The notes under the pieces: generated by a model | Seen by the model: the letters and a program-made list of their open reading frames with translations, nothing else | What the model was told of the DNA's origin: nothing | Database searches by the model: none | Position numbers and translations under genes: made by a program | Source: Lingula anatina | Taxonomy: Eukaryota; Animalia; Brachiopoda | DNA length: 64,000 bases | Assembly: GCA_051362555.1 (NCBI GenBank) | Contig: CM120640.1 | Location: 42,634,788 to 42,698,787 of the forward strand | Direction of reading: 5' to 3' | Part shown: one piece after another, positions 12,672 to 22,289 of the stretch | Numbering within the stretch: position 1 is the first letter of the stretch | How the letters are laid out: each line of letters opens with the position of its first letter

Positions 12672-13990
12672 ATGGCTACTGGACTTAAAGATGAGAAAGT
12701 GAATGGACAGAATTCAGATGAATCAAGTCTTGGACTTCGTACAGAAGAAAGAGCAAAATCTAGAGCAGGCCATCTGGCCTTATGGATAGATGCAGAAAGT
12801 GGACACTCCGGCTCTTCTTCCAGGCCGATAACACCACTTGATTGCGCGGCAGTTCCTTTGCATCTTTCACGTAGATTGCCTACGACAGCTACAGATAGAG
12901 ACCCAGCAGTTTATTCTATCTTGTTGGAAGAAAGGCTAAGGACAGCGGAAAAACTGAGAAGGGAGCAACTTAAGGCGAAGACACCATCCACTGGAGCAAG
13001 ATTAGAAAAAGTAAGTCACGTGGGCGAGTTAGCAAGTATTTTCGTTTGGCTTTAATTTTCAACTTTCAATGGAAATACATCTGTATATCAGACTGATGTC
13101 AATGAATATTTTCGAAATTTCGGTGTTTGGGGATTTATGCAAGTCATAAAGACCAGAAAGGAATGGCGCGTAAATACCGACATCATCTTGAGTTTTGTTT
13201 TCTTAATAACATTTTAAGGCTACACAGAAGAAATTGGAAGAAGATATAATAGACCAAGAAAGGAAAAGACAAATAGTTGAGGCCAAGTTGGAGAAGATGA
13301 GAAGAAGACCGGAAGAAATTAGAAAGAAAAAAGAACAGATGGAACTTGAAAAGAAGAAAGCTCGGGAGGCAATGGAAAAGGCAATAAAGGTCAAGAACTT
13401 TCATCGTTTTCATTTTTCTTTTATGTATGTATTCCTTAGATAAATTAAACAATCTGTGAAGCGTTTAAAGAAAACTTTTGAAAAATGGCATTTTTCTTTT
13501 GCATATCTAAACCATCATTTGAAGAGTCACTTTATTTGCCTGTAACAATATAATATGATATGCCGCAATCACCTTCATATATCAATCATATTGCAAACAT
13601 CAGGCTGTGGACATGGACAAAGTGCAGGATGAATCCAAATTGCAAGAAGAGAGACTCAGATTCGAGGAGGAGTGCCTTAGGAACTGTGAAAATAACCAAA
13701 AGGTATATTTTATTTTATTTTTAGGCAAAATACTTCTTAGAAAAAGGGAGCGAAACTTCTATAACTGTCATTATCTGCGTCTTTTGTAAAAGCCTTCTTT
13801 TTATAGAAAAGTTTTCTCATTTCACACACATTTTAATCTGTTCCAGAAATACCCCATTCAGCGCGATGTGTTTGAAGAAACCAAGGCCCCCTCTCGATTC
13901 AGACGATGGTGGAATTCCGTTGTTGATGCCATCAGATCATTATCTTGCTTTGGTGGACGCCGACGCAACAGAGTTCACCCTATGAAGTAA
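12672..13990 (+). CDS. Coiled-coil, stathmin-like protein, paralog A, 250 aa; join(12672..13010,13219..13389,13604..13702,13847..13990)
   Basis: ATG in AAAATGG context and three phase-0 GT-AG introns. Uninterrupted frame ending ...SRFRRWWNSVVDAIRSLSCFGGRRRNRVHPMK*. AATAAA at 14639-14644. Same exon structure as paralog B. Confidence 0.85.
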
Positions 13991-15180
13991 ATGGCCCTGG
14001 CGATGGAGGACCGGAGAGCGCACGATAGAACTGATTTATCGCTATTAAAATTTAGTGGAGTGTACTAAACATTTTGTCAGAGAGACAAAGACGACGAAAA
14101 ACGGTACAAAAAAGAGGAAATGACATATTTATCACCGATTCAAAGTGCCGGTTAATGTTATTATTATTTTTCTTTATTCGTAAAGAACGTTGGTATTCTT
14201 TTAATCAGTGATAGCGATGTTATATAGTTCTTGCAAGTGAGCAGTGGACTATTTCACCGGCGGATCCAAAGAGAAGAACCGCAAGGTTGCGGTCCCCCCT
14301 CCCCTTCTTTGATTTCTTTTCACCTTTTATAATCTATATTACAATGATACAAGCCGGGCAAAGCGAGGAAACCCTTACTCCCCCGTACTCCCTCCCTTGA
14401 CCACCGCCGTAAGGGCCGATCAACCCCTCAAAAAATAATAGATCCTCTGATGTGCGTGTCACCCCTCACCGCTCCTCTGCCTCCCCCCCATGTACATGTA
14501 GTAGCAGTGCCACTAAAAGTTTTTATAGTCTTTTTTATTATGGAGGGGATTTTTCTTGTATATACGTTAGTATTAACTAATTTAAGCAAAATGAATCAAG
14601 ATAATTACTTGTATTAAACTGTCCGGTTAAAATGTGTAAATAAAGCATATGATTTGGCAAAGAGTAAATTTAATGGCGTTTTATTTTCCAATAATAGACC
14701 AGTTGGGAATCAACCGTTTTAAGTCGGAAAATTGCTGGGGATGACAATTGTATTTGTATAAGAAGTAAAAGAAAAATATAACAAAAGATGCTCTCGTTTA
14801 TTAATATTTTTTAGCAATGGTGGGTTTACAAATAAATACATACATGTACACATATACATAATGCGAAAGCACTAAAATGTCTCCATTAGCTGAACTACTA
14901 CTTTTTTCAATATAAAGAGGAAAGTAGAATAGTAGCACATAGGTATCAAAGGTATAGGTGTTAAACAACGAATGAGTTACTGCGTGATTATAGTATGCAG
15001 AAAACAGAATACCTAGCAGGTAAATAAAAACGATATTATTATTAGCCAGTATTGTGTCTTATCGCCAGAAAAAATCAAATTGCGTGTTTTCCTCAAAACT
15101 GTCTGGATTTCGCCGAATGAAACCTCTCAGTAAATTTCAAGCTATAGAGTGAACAAATACAGCACCAATGATATGTACAC

Positions 15181-15305
15181 CTGTGAAAATAATCAAAAGG
15201 TAAATTGCGTTTTATCTTTATGCAAAATAGTTTTAAGAAAGGGAAAGAGAGACAGGTTGTGTTATCAGTGTTGCGTCTTTTGGCATATTGCGTCTTTTGT
15301 ACTGA
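15181..15305 (+). pseudogene. Relic fragment of the paralog gene (end of exon 3 plus start of intron 3)
   Basis: CTGTGAAAATAATCAAAAG|GT...GCAAAATA...TGCGTCTTTTG aligns with 13684-13790 (CENNQK plus donor). Confidence 0.65.
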
Positions 15306-15341
15306 CAAAAGACATTTATTATACGCACAAATATGAGCGCA

Positions 15342-16752
15342 TGTGAAGGCGTCACGTGGTCATCGGATTTGTTGAACAGTTTCAGTAACAACGTCTCAAC
15401 TAACACTCAAATGAGCCATACCTGTTGCTATTTGCATAACAATAAGTTGCTATCGTAGTGTGAGCTGTCTTCCCTAATGCTCACTTGGCAGTTGGACAGA
15501 GTCGGGTGTGGACGTATGTTCAGTATGGTGCAGTCACAAGGTCGAGTTTTTAAGAGACGTAGAAGCAAATACATGTTTTGTAAGTAGCACTGTTTCTTCA
15601 TAATCCACCACTTAAGGCGCAGAATATTTACGACTAATTTTTATAACATGAATCCTTATACTGCTGTTCCCATTGTTACTTGTGTGTCACTCATAATGGT
15701 AGAATTTATTGGTTACAATGCACTGGAACTTCATATGTACAGGATGAACGGCGCTCTCACCTGGCAATTGATGATAACCTTACTGAAATCTTTATAGAAA
15801 GTTATAAAGTTATAAATATTATTTTTCTTTTCAGAAGCCCAAAGAGATTCAGCACAACATGCGCCTGAAAAAAAAACGGTGCCTAGCCTTTGTTTCATAC
15901 TAGGAACCCCACGCTTATCCGTGCACCACAAAGGTCGATCTTTTATGAGGCATAGAAGCCAATGCATGTTTGTGAGTATCACTATTTCTTCAATATCATT
16001 GCCATTTTATAATAAAGGCGCAAACGAACGAAAAAATATTTACGACAAACATTTATAACATTGATATTGTTGCTTGTATGTCATGGTAGAAATGACTGCT
16101 TAATTATTTTACACAACCTGTCGTCTTTAGTGTGACGTATGTTGTCCATTCATTAAACTGTTCACTGTATTAAATTTATTTGTACAATTACATTGTGTGC
16201 AATATGTTTGCTATGTTCTTCGAAGACAATTAGTTAAAAGAGATCGTTTTCGCTTCTCAGAAATGCGCCAATATGCACTACAATAAGTAAGTACACTCTC
16301 CTCTGTGATATTACATGCATTATTTGTATGTTTTAAAAAAGCTAGTTTGTTTAGTCTTAAGTTATAAACATCATTTTCTCTTTTCAGAAACTCAACGAGA
16401 TTCAGCACAACATGCGCCTGCCAGTAACCTACGGTGCCTAGTCTTTGTTTTATACCAGGAATCCCACGCTCATTCGTGCATCTATTATATGAATACTGAA
16501 TAAATATTTTTGTAATTAATAATAAATATTTTTATTCATTTTGTTATATAATATTATTATGATAAAGATAATAGTAATGATAAAGTGAATGAGATATTTT
16601 AATTCGTGTTTTAGGACTTTTAAATTCAATTTGCTTAATGCTCTGTAAATGTCTTAATATTTGTGATTGGCGGTTTTCTGGGGTACCTAAAAATATCTAA
16701 AATTGAAATAGTTGTAAATGTTGTATTGCTATTTGCCCAAAATTTATAAATA
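15342..16752 (+). repeat. Left arm of inverted duplication; putative spliced small transcript (exon-like blocks ending 15579, 15835..15971, 16388..~16520)
   Basis: Clear reverse-complement similarity to 18318-19523. Donors GTAAGT (15580) and GTGAGT (15972), acceptors TTTTCAG (ending 15834 and 16387), AATAAA at 16499-16504. Confidence 0.8.
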
Positions 16753-16837
16753 AAAGACATTAATACTGTAACGAACACTGCACATAAAAAATTATTTTCA
16801 AAAAGTTTCATAACTGATTTGCCTGACTTTTTATCTT

Positions 16838-16911
16838 TATATAGTACTATATATTTTACTTAAAGTATTAAGTAAAATATATAGTACTATATATTTTACT
16901 TAATACTTTAA
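16838..16911. repeat. Nested overlapping palindromes, including a perfect 52-bp palindrome at 16860-16911
   Basis: TTAAAGTATTAAGTAAAATATATAGT|ACTATATATTTTACTTAATACTTTAA is self-complementary with no loop. A second hairpin with 26-bp arms (16838-16863 and 16868-16893) overlaps it. Confidence 0.9.
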
Positions 16912-17084
16912 CTGGCTATTTATTTATAACTTTAATCATCTTATTCTGTTCATTTTACCCCTGAAAAGTCTATTGAACATTTTTGCATGTAGAATAGACA
17001 ATAAATAAATAAATAATTATATAATCATTGTCGTTAGCTTGAATAATTGGATAGTCCATTTCATTGAAGGGATAAAAGTAAAGG

Positions 17085-17760
17085 CGAGTCAATTTCTTTG
17101 GACGGGTGCCAGGTGGGGCGAGTCCATTCAAGTGAAGGGGTGTCAGGTGGAGCGAGTACATTTTATTGGAAGGGTGTCAGGTGGGGCGAGTCCATTCCAC
17201 TGGAGGGGTGTCAGGTTGGGCGAGTCCATTCCAGTGGAGGGGTGTCAGGTGGGGCGAGTCCATTCCAGTGAATGGTGTCAGGTGGGGCGAGTCCATTCCA
17301 GTGGAGGGGTGTCAGGTGGGGTGAGTCCATTCCAGTGGAGGGGTGTCAGGTGGGGCTAGTCCATTCCACTGGAGGGATGTCAGGTGGGGTGAGTCCATTC
17401 TATTTGAGGGGTGATAGGTGGGGCGAGCCCATTCCACTGGAGGGGTGTCAGGTGGGGTGAGTCCATTCTATTTGAGGGGTGATAGGTGGGGCGAGCCCAT
17501 TCCAGTGGAGGGGTGTCAGGTGGGGCTAGTCCATTCCAGTGGAGGGGTGTCAGGTGGGGCTAGTCCATTCCAGTGGAGGGGTGACAGGTGGGGCGAGTCC
17601 ATTCCAGTGGAGGGGTGTCAGGTGGGGCGAGTCCATTCCAGTGGAGGGGTGACAGGTGGGGCGAGTCCATTCCACTGGAGGGATGTCAGGTGGGGTGAGT
17701 CCATTCCATCTGAGGGGGTGTAAGGTTGAGTGGAGTGTCATGTTCAACCGAGTCAATTCT
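17085..17760. repeat. 34-bp G-rich minisatellite, about 20 copies
   Basis: Consensus GTCAGGTGGGGCGAGTCCATTCCAGTGGAGGGGT; units start at 17176, 17210 and so on, and degenerate at both edges. Confidence 0.95.
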
Positions 17761-18317
17761 ATTTGAATTTACCTATTCCATTATTCAATTTTTAAAAATT
17801 ATTTACATCACAATAATTTAATTTGAGAATGGTCACAAAAATACACAAATCAGGAATATAATTCAAATATTTTTTTATTATTATTACAATTTTTACTCCA
17901 ATAAAAGGAAGTGATAAAATGGGTTCCATATATAAATTTCGGAAAAATAACCATTGCCATTTAAAACGTTGTTTGAGGTTACATTTGTATCTTTCCACTT
18001 TTCCAATTTCAATTTCAAAATTGAAGTTTTCATATGTTGAATGGGTTAGCATATAAATCGATTTATAGAACCCAAATCCGTCAAAAATGCACCAGTCTTG
18101 CATTTACAAACATAGGAAAATTATATGAAGGAAGACTTTGAATGAATGAATGCAGAAAAAATTAATGTGTTCCCTTCTGCTATAGAAATAAAAATTGATT
18201 TAAAAAAAGGCGGAATTGTAATTTTTTTACAAATTTTATCTATTTATGTGGGCTGGTGAAAACTGTTTTAGATATTTTCTTTTAGTATGTTAAAACCGGA
18301 AAAATGCTAAAATTCCA

Positions 18318-19523
18318 TAATTTACAAAATACTGGGTATATTTGTTATTACGTTTACAGCTATTTCAATTTTCTATATCTTTAGGTACCATATAAAAGTG
18401 TCAATCACAAAACTTTTGACATTATTTACAGAGCAGATTTAGCAGATTGAAAGTCCTCATTCCACTTTATCATAACTACTATCTTTAGCATCATAATTTC
18501 ATAACAAAATTTTAAAAAAAAACATGGAAAAACGACAAATTACAAAAGTATTTATTCAGTTTTCATATAGTAGATGCACAAATGAGCGTGGGATTCCTGG
18601 TATGAAACAAAGGCTAGGCACCGTAGGTTGCTTGCAAGAGCAGAATTTGTGCAGAATCTCGTCGAGCTTCTGAAAAGAGAAAATCATATTCATAACTTTA
18701 GACTGATGAACGGACAGACTTTTAAGATACTAATAATGCATGTAATATCACAGAGGAGACGGTGCATCTAATATTGAAATAGAGTGTGTGTAAATTAGGT
18801 TTTAATACAGTGAACCGTGTTATGGACAACATACGGCACATTGGAGACGGCAGGCTGTGTAAAATATGTGTAAGGTTTCAGCAATGCTATAAACATTTTA
18901 TATAAAAGCTTAAACATAAAAATTTACAAATACTGATTTTTAAGTTATAATCGATAAAAGGAAATTAACCCTATCAGAGACAAAATTAACCATAAGACCA
19001 TTTAATTACGTCAAAAAATATTCGTAATCAACTGTGGAGGGACATATCGATATATAAAAAAGAGCCTTAAAAAGTGAAGAGCTAAAAGATTTCAGTTAGG
19101 TTATCATCAAATGCCAGGTGAAAGTGCCGTTCATCCCGAGCATGTGGAGTCCCAGTGCATTGTTAACAAATTTATTATTCTGAGTGACACACAGGAAGCA
19201 ATGCGAACAGCAGTACAAGGACTCGTGTTATGAATATTTGTCGTAAATATTCTTTCATTCCTTATTGAAGAAACGGTGATACTCACAAACATGTATTTGC
19301 TTCTACTCCTAATAAAAGCTCGACCTTGTGACTGCACCACACATACTGTAGCGTCTACACCCGACCGCGTCCAACTGCCAAGTGAGTATTCGGGAAGACA
19401 GGTCACACTACCATGAGCAACTTATTGTTATGCAAATCACAACAGCTATAGCTCATGTGAGTTGAGAAGTTGTTACTCTAACTGTTCGCTAATGTTCAGT
19501 AAATCGGATGGTGACGCTTCACA
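18318..19523 (-). repeat. Right arm of inverted duplication; putative two-exon transcript on the - strand (intron 19286..18670)
   Basis: On the - strand: donor TTT|GTGAGT at 19287/19286, acceptor TCTCTTTTCAG| at 18670/18669, AATAAA at 18556-18551. Confidence 0.8.
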
Positions 19524-20810
19524 AATCGATATGAAGCAAATAAATAACGTTACCACGGGGCTATATATTGCTTAAAGAATCAGCAAACGTTAAGAGAACG
19601 TTATTCTACTTTTTAAGCTGTCACTGTTATTTTCATTGTTCTGTGAAACGTTGCCAGCAGCTTATTTCAAAATGGGGTTTGGGTTGGACGGCGACTAGAG
19701 CTATGCAGTTTTTTTTTTACTTTTAGGAATGGCTAAATAGATATCAATACTGTTACCAACACAACCAAATTTATTAAAAAGGCGTTTTAAAATAATATTG
19801 TTAGTTGTTTGGTGTTTATGACGAACCAGTGACTTGCTCGCAAGGTTAGCTAACACAGGAGTGAATAAGTCCAGCTGTAGAATCGAGCGAATGGAGGTCC
19901 GTTGAATAGTACTTCACGGTCGCCTGATCTTACAGATGTATCCACATGAGGTACATGTACACACACACTTAATTGTCATGTAGGGACATTTTTATATGTC
20001 AAATGTTTACAATATATTTATTTTATATAATAAATCTAAATTTAATTTATAACATCTGCCAGTAGACCTTTATTTTAAATGTTTTCTTTTTAATTAAATG
20101 AACATAATGGCAGACAGTTGGCAACTTAATAAATTGATAAGGGATTAAACTGTTGGGTTCAGGGGACCCAAACTATGTCAGATCATCCCTCTTGCACGGT
20201 GACTTTAGTTTGTCAAGAAATGGCTGTCTACCACCTAATTACCTAGCTGAACGAAACTTAACAGGCTTCATTAGCACCTTCTACACACAGGACCTATGCG
20301 AAAGTTAATGTCGTTTTGCAAGAATGTGGAGAATTGACAAGTATCACTACATTTCCAAATAATCTGTCTGTAACAGAGATGCATATATTTCAAGGAAGAT
20401 ATTCATTAATCTATGTATTTTTAATGATCACCAAGCCACCGAAATGCGTGGCTATCATTGGATTTGAATGTGTTTTTGGCTGTTACTGTCTTCTAAGTTA
20501 TACCAAGGAGATGTATCACATAACTTCAAGGTTTTACAAGGTTTAAAAGAGTCCAATCTAGTCAAAGGTAGGCAATCCATTTAACTCAATAGTATCAAAC
20601 TGGAATATGGCAAGATGCCCCTTCAAAAACTTTTGCTGATCACAGGCTCTTCTCTGTAGGAGAATGATTTTAATTTGTAACAATAAAGATTCAATTTGGA
20701 GAACGAATTTTCTATGAAAACGATACCTTTTGAATTTCATTTCAATTGAATCGAAGAATTTGAATCGAATCTGACAAAACGATGAGCGAAACCATATTCC
20801 ATAATAGACA

Positions 20811-20908
20811 GACGTTCTATGGCACGACGTAACGTCGCACCTCAAATACGTCACACCTACTGTGACGTGAACCCGCACGGTAACATACAGTCTTGACGAC
20901 AGTTCTTT
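20811..20908 (+). promoter_or_regulatory. ACGT/CRE half-site cluster upstream of paralog B
   Basis: Five ACGT cores; closely similar to 12529-12626. Confidence 0.55.
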
Positions 20909-20953
20909 TTGAGCAGCACGTCTCTTTTGACCAAACCTGTAATCCTACTGAAA

Positions 20954-22289
20954 ATGGCTACTGGACTTAAAGATGAGAAAGCGAATGGACAGAATTTAGA
21001 TAAACCAGATCTTGGAATTGGTGCAGATGACCAAAGACCAAAATCTAGAGCAGGGCATCTGGCCTTATGGATAGACGGAGAAAGTGGACGCTCCAGCTCT
21101 GCTTCCAGGCCGATAACACCACTCGATAATGCGACAGTTCCTTTGCATCTTTCACGTAGATTTTCTACAACAGCTACAGATAGAGACCCAGCAGTTTATT
21201 CATTCTTGTTGGAAGAAAGGCTCAGGACAGCGGAAAAATTGAGAAGGGAGCAACTTAAGGCGAAAACACCATCCACCGGAGCAAGATTAGAAAAAGTAAG
21301 TGACACATAGTGAGTAAGTATTTTTGTTTGTATTTAATATTCCTTTTTTTCATATTTGCATATCAGATTCCTGTTCCAATATCTTTCTTATTGAATTTGA
21401 TGAGATAAACTAATGTCAATAAATATGTTTGAAACTTTTGTGTGTTTGGGGATATATGCAAGTCATATAGACCAGAAAGGGATGGCGTGTAAATGCCGAT
21501 ATCATCTTGAGTGTTTTTTAATAACTTTAATTTCTTAATAAAATTTATCTTAAGGCTACACAGAAGAAATTGGAAGAAGATATAATAGGTCAAGAGAAGA
21601 AAAGACAGTTAGTTGAGGCAAAGTTGGAGAGGATGAAAAGAAGACCGGAAGAAATTAAAAAGAAGAAAGACCAGATGGAACTTGAGAAGAAAAAAGCTCG
21701 GGAGGCAATGGAAAAGGCTATAAAGGTTAGGAATTTTCATCATTTTCTCTTTTCATTAATGCATCTATTTTTCAGATAGAATTAAACAAACTGTAAGGTA
21801 TTTTAAAGAAAACTCTTGAAAAAATGGAATTTATATTTTGCATATGTTAAACTAACGTTTATGGAGTCATGTTATTTGCTTGTCACAGTATTATATGATA
21901 TGCTGCAATCACCTTTATAATCATATTGTAAACAACAGGCCTTAGACATGGACAAAGTGCAAGACGAATCCAAATTGCGAGAAGAGAAGCTGAGATTTGA
22001 GGCGGAGTGCCTTAGGAACTGTGAAAATAACCAAAAGGTATATTTTGTTTTATCATTATACAAAATACTTTTATAAAAGCCTTCTTTTTATAGAAAAGTT
22101 TTCACATTGAAATTGGTATAAAACATACATTTTAATATTTTCTAGAAATATCCCATTCAGCGCGATGTGTTTGAAGAAACCAAGCCCCCTTCTCGATTCA
22201 GACGATGGTGGAATTCCGTTGTTGATGCCATCAGATCATCATCTTGTTTCGGTGGACGCCGACGTAACAGAGTTCACCCTGTGGAGTAA
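20954..22289 (+). CDS. Coiled-coil, stathmin-like protein, paralog B, 251 aa; join(20954..21295,21555..21725,21939..22037,22146..22289)
   Basis: Exons 2-4 have the same sizes as in paralog A (171, 99, 144 nt); exon 1 is one codon longer. Intact frame ending ...RSSSCFGGRRRNRVHPVE*. AATAAA at 22798-22803. Confidence 0.85.

Noticed and set aside
14255-14450. GC-rich insert beginning GGCGGATCCA in the 3' UTR of paralog A (similar G-rich patch near 28280-28500)
   Set aside because: Probably degenerate small transposon remnants, but termini and TSDs could not be defined.
15741-15787. Box C/D snoRNA-like motifs (GGATGA...TGATGA...CTGA) in the intron of both inverted arms
   Set aside because: Too short (~45 nt), no terminal stem or recognisable rRNA guide, and no more conserved than the rest of the arm.
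17039-17756. Overlapping repetitive ORFs, or a CRISPR-like array
   Set aside because: These are translations of a head-to-tail 34-bp minisatellite (period not divisible by 3) with no unique spacers, in a eukaryotic context.
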